Shown here one piece after another: positions 1 through 11,555 of a DNA stretch of 64,000 nucleotides. Source of the DNA: Malacoraja senta (lineage: Eukaryota); contig CM075996.1 in assembly GCA_038087875.1 (NCBI GenBank), positions 9,178,001 through 9,242,000 of the forward strand. The letters run 5' to 3'. The translations under genes and the position numbers were made by a program. The notes beneath the pieces were generated by a model that was not told the DNA's origin, ran no database searches, and saw nothing but the letters and a program-made list of their open reading frames with translations. Positions within the stretch are counted from its first letter, which is position 1. Each line of letters starts with the position of its first letter.

Positions 1-310
1 GCATCCCAAGCCGCTGAGAGGATTTTCCCGACGCCGGAGCACCATCATCCGGCGAGAACGGCCTGAAACATCGGGCCTCTGTAAATGCGACTGTGGAGGC
101 CTCAATAGGCCCGACTATGGGTGGACATGGGATGGGGACTAGACTTTGCGCCTTCCCTCATAATGGGAATGATTGTGGGGGATATTTTTATGTTTAAATT
201 TCTTTATTATTGTTATGTTGTATTCTCTTTAATGTGCTGCAATGGCAATCCGCATTTCACTACTTTACCAATTGGTGTATGTGACTAATAAATAACCTTT
301 GAACCTTTGT
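1..310 (+). repeat. 3' part of a GC-rich non-autonomous retroposon with a Rex/Babar-like tail
   Basis: GC-rich body, a 'cgccttccctca' box shared with copies near 47220 and 51095, ending in AATAAA plus a short tandem tail (aacctttg)2. Confidence 0.45.
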
Positions 311-933
311 ATCAGCAGCAACACCTTGTGTATCCATCCCACTTAAAATCATTAATGAATCCATTTCCTGCAGCGTTTTGGAGAGAATATTCTGGATCCT
401 GTCAGTATAGAATCTGTGACCTCTGTTTATTGATCCCTCAATAGCTAAACCTTTCTCGTTTAGAACCCTGCTGTTACTTCAACGTTTGATAGGTTATCTC
501 TTTTAGCTTCTCTGTTCCAAGAGGACTGCTAACTTTTCTAAATTACTCTTTACTGTAATTCTAGAAACTGTCTAAATCAATTCTTGGGCTTGAAGTCTGA
601 AGAAGGGTCCCAACCCGAAACGTCACCCATCCTTTTTCAGACAGAGATGCTGCCTGGCCCGCTGAGTTACTCCAGAACTTTGTGTCTATCTTAGGCTTTT
701 GACATCCTTCCTTTAGTTTAGTTTAGAGATACAGCGTGAAAACAGGCCCTTCGGCCCACCGAGTCGGCACTGATCAGCGATCCCCGCACACTAACAGTTG
801 AGCCGTGGGCCGATCAGTTGCATGGTGCTTTTGTGAACAGCAGCGCAAACATTGGGCCACGTGGCCCTTTGAACATTGTAAACCTTGAGAGAAGTTTGCG
901 TTGTTGACGTCTTGCTGTCTTCCCACCCCCCAG

Positions 934-1002
934 GTTTGGCGTACTCTGAATCGTTCTCTCCCCTTGCCAAGCTGTGGGGCTGGATCTCGCTGCTGTCTCC
1001 AG
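934..1002 (+). CDS. SUN1/2-like gene, candidate exon (GLAYSESFSPLAKLWGWISLLSP)
   Basis: Pyrimidine tract plus CAG acceptor at 931-933, GT donor at 1003; phase 1/1, compatible with the exon at 8387. No diagnostic motif, and an assembly gap lies between them. Confidence 0.5.
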
Positions 1003-1999
1003 GTACCTGCATTACTAATCTTCCCTCTTCTGTGGTCCATGGCCTCCTAAAACTCTGCTCCAGTCAACCAGTGCCCTGCTGATACTGGACCCATTGGTGA
1101 GGTAGATCCCGCTGCTCCCTCCTTAAACTCCCAGGGTTTGCAGAAGGCCTGGTCCCCAGTGCTCTGTTGTTCGTGCAGCCTAGGACCACAGTCAGTGCGG
1201 AGGGTTTCCAGCTTGGTTCTCCAGTGTGTTCCCTCAGCCTGATTGGGTCACTCATTGAGATGAGTGGTGAGTTGCCGAGAGGACATAGAGTCAAGAGACG
1301 ACTGACTGTCAATGCTCGGTTACTCGATCCCGACTGAAGTCATGTTGTAACACATGAAAAGGGAGGCCTGGTTTGTGCTCCAGGGTCACTGGGGTGATGA
1401 AAGAATAGGATCTCCTTTAGATTTGCACAGCTGTGTGGCACCGAGGACGCTTTTGAAATGTAGTGTAACGTGGTGGACCGTGGCCAAGCTCGCACACAGC
1501 ATTGTGGTGATCAGCAGACGTGCCCATGTTCAATAAATCTAGATTTCTCTAACTTCAAGTAACCCTCTCTCTCCGTCCCTCCCCCTCCTTAGTCGTTGTA
1601 CTAGTTTCACTATCGTCCTGGTGAGTTTCATTGTCTTGTATCATTCGTTAACACCGAGCCCTCAGCCAACCAACAATGGACCGTTTCCTTCATCATCGTT
1701 ACTTTTTTGCATATCGTTCATTCATTTGTTCCTTATCTCTCTACATGACCGTCTATATCGCTTGTTTCCCTTTCCCCTGACTCTCAAGTCTGAAGGGTCT
1801 CGACCCGAATGTCACCTATTCCTTTTCTCCAGAGATGCTGCTTGTCCCGCTGAGTTACTCCAGCTTTTTGTGTCTCTTTGCCCATGTTGGTTGTGGGATA
1901 AGATTGACTGGGACAGAGGGGACTGCTATCCATTCACAACCAGGCAATCTCTCTGTGTTGAAAGGTGATACTCCCTGCTCGGTGGAAGTTTCATTGACA

Positions 2000-2520
2000 A
2001 TCTCCAGTTTCTTTAGTCTGGACACAAGAGGCCATTCGGCCCGTCGTGGCCTCTGGAGTACCCCCATCAGTGCTGTTGTCCCGTCGATATCCCTGCGACC
2101 TATTTTTTTTTCTCGGGTGCCCTATAGCTCCCCTGGGTTCTCCTGCCACCACCTTGCGGTGGACTTTCTGTGGTGGTCCCTGCAGGGCAGAAGGTCTCTC
2201 AGCCTGACGTGGTTCCACAGTATCAGTGGGTTCCGTGTTGGAGAGTATGAGCTCTCTCCGCTTGCACTGATGGGAAACATCGGGGCCAAACGTTGTTTAA
2301 TGTTGTGTTGCTGTTTCTTTCAGAAAAAGCTCTGCCCCTGGTGTACTGGTGGTTGGGCACAGCCTGGTACCAGTTAACAACGGCCATCTCCTTGATCGAT
2401 GTCTTTACTCTGTCCAGGTACGTGCTCCGGGGATCCAGACTCCCTTCCTCCACCTGGTTAACTGAAGCAAAGTCACCCATCCCCGCTGCCTCCTCCATCT
2501 CCTCCCCACCTCTGTACTGA
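2000..2520 (-). mobile_element. Degenerate L1/Tx1-like LINE ORF2 3' fragment
   Basis: Minus-strand remnants resembling the Tx1-type C-terminus (DALW...LQDYVL...WG-like); a related fragment lies at 23730-24375. Confidence 0.4.
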
Positions 2521-2959
2521 ACACACCCTCCCACAGGACACCCAGTCACACTGAACCCCCGATAAACCCACCACAGAACAGCCCACTCTCACTACTACAG
2601 GTACACTCGCCATAGAACAGCCCATTCTCACTGTACCCGACAATGCCTTACAACGCTTACAGCGGCAGAGACCCAGATTCTATCCTGACTACGGGTGCTG
2701 TCTGTTCAGAGTTTGTACGTTCTCCCCATGACCCGAGTAGGTTTTCCCCGGTACCTCCGTTTCCTCCACACTCCAAAGACATACAGGTTTGTAGGTTGAT
2801 TGGCTTAGTTTAATTGTAAATTGTCCCTAGGCAGGGGGAGGGTGGGATCTCGTACAAGACAGAGACACGTGAGAGGCTAGAAGTTGGTATGGAGGGTGGT
2901 GTGGGGAAGGTTAGTGGACAGAATAGGCAGGTGAAAGGCAGAGAACGAGGAAGGAGGGT

Positions 2960-3345
2960 TGGTTTAAACTGCACGTAAAGGGGCCTGACGGGTAAGGCAG
3001 ATGAGCTGAGGGCATGGATAGGTAGGAGCGACTGGGACGTTGTAGCCATGACTGAAACCTGGTTAAGGGAGGGGCAGGACTGGCAGATCAATGTTCCCGG
3101 AGTACTGGAGCTTCAGGACAGACAAGGGTGAGGGAAAAAGAGGAGGGGGTTTGCATTGTTGATTAAGTAGGATGTCACGGCAGTGTTCAGAGGTGACATT
3201 ACGGACGGTTCGTCTAGTGAAGCTATATGGGTGGAGCTGAGGAACAAGAAAGAGATGATGGCCTTGTTGGGGGTGTACTACAGACCCCAGAATAGTCAAC
3301 GGGAATTAGAAGAACAAATGTGCCAGGAGATTGCAGGCAGCCCGC
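2960..3345 (+). mobile_element. CR1-clade LINE ORF2 AP-endonuclease fragment (pseudogenised)
   Basis: Motifs MTETWL, a degenerate GGG(V)ALLI, EAIWVELRN and LGVYYRP; runs into the N gap. Confidence 0.8.
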
Positions 3346-3545
3346 NNNNNNNNNNNNNNNNNNNNNNNNNNNNNNNNNNNNNNNNNNNNNNNNNNNNNNN
3401 NNNNNNNNNNNNNNNNNNNNNNNNNNNNNNNNNNNNNNNNNNNNNNNNNNNNNNNNNNNNNNNNNNNNNNNNNNNNNNNNNNNNNNNNNNNNNNNNNNNN
3501 NNNNNNNNNNNNNNNNNNNNNNNNNNNNNNNNNNNNNNNNNNNNN
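3346..3545. other. Assembly gap (200 N)
   Basis: Run of 200 N. Confidence 0.99.
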
Positions 3546-4600
3546 ATTCTCCTGCCTGTCCCCCATAATCTCCGACACCTGTACTAATCAAGAATCTTAT
3601 CAATCTCCACTTTAAAAATACCCATTAACTTGGCCTCCACAGCCATCTGCGGCAATGAATTCCACAGATTCACCACCTCCTAACTAAAGAAATTCCACCT
3701 CGTCTCCTTTCAAAAGGTACGTGGTTTTGTTCTGAGGCTATGGCCTCTGGTCCTATACTCTCCCACTAGTGGAAACATCCTCTCCACATCCACTCTATCC
3801 AGGCCTTTCACTATTCGGCAAGTTTCAATGAAGTCCCTCCTCATCCTACAGCGGGTACAGGTCCAGCGAGTACAGGCCCAGTGCCCACAAATGCTCATCA
3901 CACGTCAACCCACTCATTCCTGGGATCATTCTCATAAACCTCCTCTGGACCCTCTCCAACGCCAGCATCAGGGCCGGCCTTAGGAGTTGCGGGGCCCAAT
4001 TGGGAACAATTTTGGTGAGCCCCAGGTTCCCAGCCAAGGTCTGTAGAATCATAGAAATATAAATAAAGTTTATTATAGACTTTATATCTCTATGGTAGAA
4101 TGGAAAGTAATAAAAATGTGCGCTTAAAAAGTCCCTGCGACTTAATGGACCAAACAGACCTAAGCTGAATTTTTATAACACCGGCCCGGCCCTCCCTGTA
4201 GTCTTCACCAAAGATCATACAGCGGATAATCTTTGGTGTTCACCGCGTCTTCCCGGGGAGAGAGAGGGGGGAAGCCGGGGCTGTGTGCGTGAAGCATGGC
4301 GACTGGAGGGGCGGGAGCGCTGCCCCGGGACCGTGAGCGAACGACCCACCTCCCCCTCTCCTTCTCCATTCCCTCACACCCCCTCCCCGTCTACCCCTTT
4401 CTTCCCCCCTCCACCCCTCTGCTCTCTCTCCACCCTCCAGCCGGGGTAGATCTACCCGAGCCGAGAGTCGATTACTCTGGCGCGGGGCCCAATTGGGAGC
4501 AATCGGTCCAATCAGCCCAAAACCGCTCACAATACTCCAAATGTGGTCTGGCCAGTGCCTTATAAAGCCTCAGCGTAACATCCCAGTCTTTATATTCTAC
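3546..4600 (-). mobile_element. CR1 LINE 3' fragment interrupted by a hAT-like non-autonomous element (~3970-4515)
   Basis: Minus-strand LYKALARPHLEYC, LERVQRRF and RTRGHSL motifs; the insert begins CAGGGCCGGCCTTAGG and carries a repeated 'ggggcccaattggga' box. Confidence 0.7.
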
Positions 4601-5880
4601 TAGACCAAGGTCCCGTCCCCTCAACACGCGGTTGCGGGGGGGGGGGCCTGCGGTGACACACACACACTAACCACCCCCCCACACACACACTAACCACCCC
4701 CCTTGAAATTATATTAATATTATTCATTGGCCTTTATAACAAGAGGAATCGAATATAGGAGCAAAGAGGTCCTTCTGCAGTTGTACAGGGCCCTAGTGAG
4801 ACCACACCTGGAGTATTGTGCACAGTTTTGGTCCCCTAATTTAAGGAAGGACATTCTTGCTATTGAGGGAGTGCAGAGTAGGTTTACAAGGTTAATTCCC
4901 GGGATGGCGGGACTGTTATATGCTGAGAGAATGGAGCAGCTGGGCTTGTACACTCTGGAGTTTAGAAGGATGAGAGGATATCTCATTGAAACATATAAGA
5001 TTGTTAAGGGTTTGGACACGCTAGAGGCAGGAAACATGTTCCCGATGTTGGGGTAGTCCAGAACCAGGGGCCACAGTTTAAGAATAAGGAGTAAGGCATT
5101 TAGAACGGAGACGAGGAAACACTTTATCTCACTGAGAGTGGTGAGTCTGTGGAATTCTCTGCCTCAGAGGGCGGTGGAGGTGGGTTCTCTGGATGCTTTC
5201 AAGAGAGAGCTAGATAGGGCTCTTAAAAATAGCGGAGTCAGGGGATATGGGGAGAAGGCAGGAACGGGGTACTGATTGGGGATGATCAGCCATGATCACA
5301 TTGAATGGCGGTGCTGGCTCGAAGGGCCGAATGGCCTACTCCTGCACCTATTGTCTATTGTCATTGGCTCCTTTTACCCCATCCCCGCCCTATCCACTGA
5401 CGCATACCCCCCACCTCGAAGCCCTCGGAAGCCCAACCAAATTACTGCGTGTTCAGCGGCTTCAATCCAGAGCCTGGGGGTGGGGGAGGAGAGCGGCTGG
5501 GCTGCGGGCGGGACGCTGCGGACGGCCAGCCGTGTGCGAGTCGACTGCGAACGGGCGGCGACCAAATGACTGCGAATCGGGGGGGGGGGGGAACGTAACT
5601 TGCAGCACGTGGAAAACAGCGCGCAGCGGGCCACGAGGAGCAGAGCCATTGTGGCGTCATCAGCTCGTTAACTTTAAAGATTTCAGATTTGTGAACAATT
5701 TTAATAAATAACTCAAGAAATAATTAATCAAATTTTCAGATAAGGCAATTTTTGACATGGCGTAAATCTCTCCTAACGGAATATGTAAAACTTTCACGTC
5801 GTGTTTTCGAGATGTGAATCAGACGAACAAATACACAAATAAATACATCCACATCCAAGATCATTTATAATTATATTCTA
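4599..5880 (-). mobile_element. Non-autonomous Helitron-like element interrupted by a CR1 insertion
   Basis: Minus-strand 3' end CTTGGTCTAG|T at ~4599; body resembles the reverse complement of 28400-28625. Confidence 0.5.
4732..5360 (+). mobile_element. CR1-clade LINE 3' end (RT C-terminus plus 3' UTR)
   Basis: ORF with [19 protein letters not shown]; tail (ctattgt)n; flanked by the direct repeat TCATTGGC at 4724-4731 and 5361-5368. Confidence 0.85.
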
Positions 5881-7159
5881 TTATCAGGGTGCTTGTATTT
5901 GATAATGGGCAGAACAGGGAACAAGGGCATGAAGTTAGTGAGTGTTTGGGAGGAAGAGGAAAGAAAGGCTGGAAAATCCAATGGAGGATTTCCAATGGAG
6001 GCCCCACTTGATGCAAGGATTCCATTGAGGGGAAAATGTCAAAGGCTAGAGGGCATAGCTTTCATGTAAGAGTGGCGATGTTTAAAGGAGATATGACCCC
6101 AAAGTTGTTATTTAAGAGTGGTGGGTGTCTGGAACGTGCTTCCCGGGATAATGGTGGAAGCAGATACGATAGTTGATGTTTAAGAATATTTTAGATTTTA
6201 GATAGGCACATGGATATGCAGGGAATGGTGGGAAATGGATCACATGCAGGTTGAGATTAGTTTAACTTGGCATCATGTTCGGCACAGGCATTGGGCCGAA
6301 GGTCCTGTTCCTGTGCTGTACTGTTCTATGTTGGAGCATGACTTGCTTTCACTCTGATTTTGTTCTGAGCAGGTCATTATGGAGAAGGGAGACTGAGGGA
6401 TGACAGTACTAGTTAATGATACGCTGTAAACTGTGAAAGGAATGATATGTGTAGGCAGGAACTGCAGGTGCTGGTTTAAATTGAAGAAGGGTCTTGACCC
6501 AAAACGTCACCCATTCCTTCTCTCCAGAGATGCTGCCTGTCCTGCTGAGCTTATTTCAGCATTTGCGACTATCTTCAGAAGGGATGACATGTTAGAAAGT
6601 CGTCATTGTCGAATGTAAGATCAAAATGGGCAATTGCTGACTTGTGTGTGCACTGTTGACCCCAAATAGGGTGTGAGAGAGAACAAGTTCTTATGCAAAT
6701 TTCCAACAACTGTAAATATGCAAGGACAATCACAATGTTATTGGATTTCAATTCCCTGGAGGTGAATCGTAATTAGATGTAACTATTCATACGAGAGGGA
6801 TAATATTGTTACAGTAAACAAATGTGAAATATTGTATGGGACGTGCAGAGAATAAGTGGAGGCATCAAGGGTCGATCATTTTAGTCAATGGGTAACTCAC
6901 CAGGCTCGGATGAAATGTATCCCAGGATGTTGAAGGGAGCCAGGGAAGAAATTATAGATGCTCCAACCGTGATATTTTGATTCTACCTCACTGCAGGAGT
7001 AATACTGGAGGATTAGATTACTAACATACGGTTGTTTAAAAAGGGAGCATGGGAGAGCCCAAGTAATTACAGATCAGTTGGCTTAACCTGTGGAGGACAA
7101 ATTATTGGAATAGATTTTAAATGGTATAAAATTCATTGAGAAATGAATGATTTTTAAAA

Positions 7160-7525
7160 CAGAGAGTAAGCATGCAGGTACAGCAGGCAGTGAAGAAAGC
7201 TAATGGCATGTTGGCCTTCATAACAAGAGGTTGAGTATAGGAGCAAAGAGATCCTTCTGCAGTTGTATGGGACCCTAGTGAGACCACACCTGGAGTATTG
7301 TGTGCAGTTTTGGTCTCCAAATTTGAGGAAGGACATTCTTGCTAGTGGATGCCAATTCTCTGGATGCTTTCAAGAGAGTTAGATAGAGCTCTTAAAGATA
7401 GCAGAGTCAATGGATACGGTGAGAAGGCAGGAACGGCGTACTGATTGTGGATGATCAGCCATGATCATATTGAATGGCGGTGCTGGCTCAAATGGCCTAC
7501 TCCTGCACCTATTGTCTATTGTCTA
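7160..7525 (+). mobile_element. CR1 LINE 3' fragment
   Basis: Same family as 4732-5360, internally deleted. Confidence 0.75.
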
Positions 7526-7757
7526 AAAGTTGAGTTAAGGAGAGGTCGTCGGGATGGAGTTCTTGCAGGAAGGCTCTGTCTGACTGATGGTTACATTTTT
7601 TGAGTTGGTGACAAAGAATTGATAAGGGCAGCATGTTTCATGGAGACTATGGTTTTCAGTGAGGTTTTTGGCAAGGTCCCACATGGCAGACTGGTCAAAA
7701 GGTAAAAGGTGAGTGGTACATTGAACCAAAATTAGATTTGTGGTAAAAAGCAACGGT

Positions 7758-8310
7758 TAATGTGTGGGAAGGAACTGCAGATGCTGGTTTACACCGAAGA
7801 TAGACACAAAATGTTGGAGTAACTCAGCGGTAACTTTTCTCTGGAGAAAAGAAATAGGTGACGTTTTGGGTTGGGACTCTTCTTCAGACTGAGAGTTGGG
7901 GGAAAGGGAAATGAGAGATATAGACGGTGATGTGGAGAGATATAGAACAAATGAATGAAAGATATGCAAAAAAGTAACTGATTTTTTTTTTAAAGGCCGT
8001 TGTTAGCTGTTTGTTGGATGAGAAAGACTACAGACAATGAGACTCATCAAGACGACTTTGAAGCTGGTACAACTTGGGTGGGGGAGGGATGGAGAGAGGG
8101 AATGCAAGGTTTACTTGAAGTTATAGAAATCAATATTCACACTGCTGGGTTTTAAGCTGCCCAAGCAAAATATGAGATGTTCTTCCTCCAATTTGCGTTT
8201 GGCCTCACTCTGACAGTGGAGGAGGCCCAGGACAGAAAGGTTAAGTGTGGGAATGGGAAGGGTAATTAAAGTGTTTGGCAACCGGGAGATCAGGTAGGTC
8301 CAAGCAGACT
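7758..8310 (-). mobile_element. Penelope-like element 3' fragment
   Basis: LSVLGLLHC...RKLEEEHLIFCLG matches the GIY-YIG tail of the element at 17748; terminal-repeat sequence at 7760-7890. Confidence 0.75.
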
Positions 8311-8386
8311 GAGGGCAGTGAGTGGACTGAGGCGACTGCATACCTTGAATGTTGCCTACTTCAGTGCAACCTTTCTGCCTCTGCAG

Positions 8387-8460
8387 GTGTTGGCCTCTTG
8401 ATGTTATCCAGAAGTATCTGGTCTCATGCCGAGAAGCCGGGGGCGCTGGAAAGCACTCAG
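8387..8460 (+). CDS. SUN1/2-like gene exon (GVGLLMLSRSIWSHAEKPGALESTQ)
   Basis: ctttctgcctctgcAG acceptor, CAG|GTGAGC donor; phase 1/0 fits its neighbours. Confidence 0.6.
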
Positions 8461-9509
8461 GTGAGCCCCTGACCGTCCCATCCTCGTGCACTCTCGCTCT
8501 ACCTCCTGGAGCCCTCTGCCTCCGCAGGTCATGGCTGCCCGTGAGCAGTCCGGGTGTCAGGGTTATGGGGAGAAGGCAGGAGAATGGAGTTAGGAGGGAG
8601 AGATCAGCCATGATTGAATGGCGTAGATGGGCTGAATGGCCTAATTCTCCTCCTATCACTTATTACCCTGGAGCTGCCCTGGCTGCAGGATCCCTCGCAG
8701 TCCATTCACCCCTTTCCCACATTCTGGTACAGCCACCAGCATCCCAATAACTTGCACAATCACAGGATGTCCTCGGCACAATCATGTCCATCCCTGGGAC
8801 TCCAGGATAGTCATGGTGTTGTAGTCATGCAACATGTTGTTAGTTGGCCTTGCCAAGCAAGTTGGCAAACTGGGTTCATTTGGCCCACAGTTCTCTAAAC
8901 CCTTTGTCAATATTTCTGTCCAAATGTCTTTTCAGAGTATCAGAAACCAGTGAGTACCTGGTGGATCTCGGCATTCACTGAAATTCTTCCACAGCATTCG
9001 GAGCTTAAAATGCATATTTCAAATTCCATGTGTGGGTTTTAGTGGGTTGGAAGTTGTTCTTCGTCCTTCCGCGGCCAAGTCTGACCTAATCAGCCATCCT
9101 GTCGATCAGAATAGGCTGTCCTCCCTGCCAATACACTTCAATAGACCATCCCTCTTGCCAATCACAATACCGAATACATTTGGCCGACCCCCCCCTCCTT
9201 GTCTATTGTGCATGGGCTTCAATCAGCCATCCCTCCCGGCTTCTCACTGTGCCTTTGTCTGGTTGCCCGTTCACTTACACTGGAGGCCTGTCCTCCTGAT
9301 GCAGCTGATGCTTGCAGTGGGAATGGCATGTGAATTGGCCGCAGCACTAGTGCAGCTAGTGGCATGTGCTTCGCAGATCTGAAAGGGAAGGGTGGGAGAG
9401 ACAGAGTACCCAAGAATGACAGCAGGGGCAGTGCACCTCCTTGAATTCACCCTCTGAATCCCACTTCAGCCTGCCCTAACTGAATACTGAATCAAGTACA
9501 AAGCTGCAG

Positions 9510-9810
9510 GTTCAGTTTAGTTTAGAGATAGAGCATGGAAACCGGCCCTTCGGCCCACCGAGTCCGCACCGATCAGCGATGCTTGCACAGTAACACTACT
9601 CCACACACACTTGCGACAATTTTACATCTATACCAAGCCAATTAACCAACAAACCTGCACGTCTTTGGAGCGTGGGAGGAAACCAAATATCTTGGAGAAA
9701 ACCTATGCAGATCACGGGGAGAACGCACAAACTCTGTACAGACAGCACCCGTAGTGAGGATCAAACCCGGGTCAATGGCGCTGTAACTACCGCTGTGCCA
9801 CTGTACCACC
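9510..9810 (-). mobile_element. tRNA-derived HE1/V-SINE-type SINE (other copies near 715, 2650, 11985, 13199, 14870, 16555, 21940, 25700, 34040, 51565, 57533, 60180, 60985)
   Basis: tRNA-like A/B boxes, central ggagtttgtacgttctccccgtga-type core, (ctaaa)n tail. Confidence 0.8.
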
Positions 9811-9941
9811 CATGGTTCCTCAGTATAATTTCCCTGGTTTAAAAAAAAAGATGTTATAATGTTACTGGGTGTGGAGGGTTTGAGTTGGAAAGAGGCTGGG
9901 TCTTTACCATGTAGTGTAAGAGGCTGAACCTTAAAGATGTA

Positions 9942-11555
9942 CAGTGGCTTGCAAAAGTATTCATACCCCATGAACTTTTCCACATTTTGTCACGTTACAA
10001 CCACAAACGTAAATGTATTTTATTGGGAATTTATGTGATAGACCAACACAAAGTGGCGCATAATTGTGAAGTGGAAGGAAAATGACACATGGTTTTCAAA
10101 TTTATTTACAAATAAAAAACTGAAAAGTGTGGCGTGCAAAAGTATTCAGCCCCCTTTACTCTGATACCCCTAAATAAAATCCAGTGCAACCAATTGCCTT
10201 CAGAAGTCACCTAATTAGTAAATAGAGTCCACTTGTGTGTAATCTAATCTCAGTATAAATACAGCTGTTCTGTGAAGGCCTCAGAGGTTTGTTAGAGAAC
10301 ATTAGTGAAGAAACAGCATCATGAAGCCCAAGGAACACACCAGACAGGTCAGGGATAAAGTTGTGGAGAAGTTTAAAGCAGGGTTAGGTTATAAAAAAAT
10401 ATCCCAAGCTTTGAACATCTCACGGAGCACTATTCAATCCATCATCCGAAAATGGAAAGAGTATGGCACAACTGCAAACCTACCAAGACATGGCCGTCCA
10501 CCTAAACTGACAGGCCGGGCAAGGAGAGCATTGATCAGAGAAGCAGCCAAGAGGCCCATGGTAACTCTGGAGGAGCTGCAGAGATCCACAGCTCAGGTGG
10601 GAGAATCTGTCCACAGGACAACTATTAGTCGTGCACGCCACAAATCGGGCCTTTATGGAAGAGTGGCAAGAAGAAAACCATTGTTGAAAAAAAGCCGTAA
10701 GAAGTACTGTTTGCAGTTTGCCACAAGCCATGTGGGGGACACAACAAACATGTGGAGGAAGGTGCTCTGGTCAGATGAGACCAAAATTGAAGTTTTGGGC
10801 CTAAATGCAAAACGCTATGTGTGGCGGACAACTAACACTGCACATCACCCTGAACACACCATCCCCACTGTGAAACATGGTGGTGGCAGCATCATGCTGT
10901 GGGGATGCTTTTCTTCAGCAGGGACAGGGAAGCTGGTCAGAGTTGATGGGAAGATGGATGGAGCCAAATACAGGGCAATCTTGGAAGAAAACCTGTTAGA
11001 GTCTGCAAAAGACTTGAGACTGGGGCGGAGGTTCACCTTCCAGCAGGACAACGACCCTAAACATACAGCCAGAGCTACAATGGAATGGTTTAGATCAAAG
11101 CATATTCATGTGTTAGAATGGCCCAGTCAAAGTCCAGACCTAAATCCAATTGAGAAACTCTGGCAAGACTTGAAAATTGCTGTTCACAGACGCTCTCCAT
11201 CCAATCTGACTGAGCTTGAGCTATTTTGCAAAGAAGAATGGGCAAAAATTTCAGTCTCTAGATGTGCAAAGCTGGTAGAGACATACCCCAAAAGACTTGG
11301 CAGCTGTAATTGCAGCGAAAGGTGGATCTACAAAGTATTGACTCGGGGGCTGAATACTTTTGCACGCCACACTTTTCAGTTTTTTATTTGTAAAAAATTT
11401 GAAAACCATGTATCATTTTCCTTCCACTTCACAATTATGCACCACTTTGTGTTGGTCTATCACATAAAATCGCAATAAAATACATTTACGTTTGTGGTTG
11501 TAACGTGACAAAATGTGGTAAGTTCAAGGGGTATGAAAACTTTTGCAAGCCACTG
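9942..11555 (+). mobile_element. Tc1/mariner (DD34E) transposon, Passport-like, full length 1614 bp
   Basis: TA target duplication at 9940-9941 and 11556-11557; ~210-bp TIRs starting CAGTGGCTTGCAAAAG with outer and inner direct repeats (IR/DR structure). Confidence 0.97.
10321..11341 (+). CDS. Tc1 DD34E transposase with one +1 frameshift ~13 codons before the native stop
   Basis: Paired-like HTH, GRPPK, WSDETK, QQDNDPKH-34 aa-PDLNPIE; removing one G at 11299-11300 restores ...KRLAAVIAAKGGSTKY* (339 aa). Confidence 0.93.

Noticed and set aside
11342..11478. Apparent C-terminal extension of the 385-aa transposase ORF
   Set aside because: Artefact of the +1 frameshift at ~11300, which reads through into the right TIR
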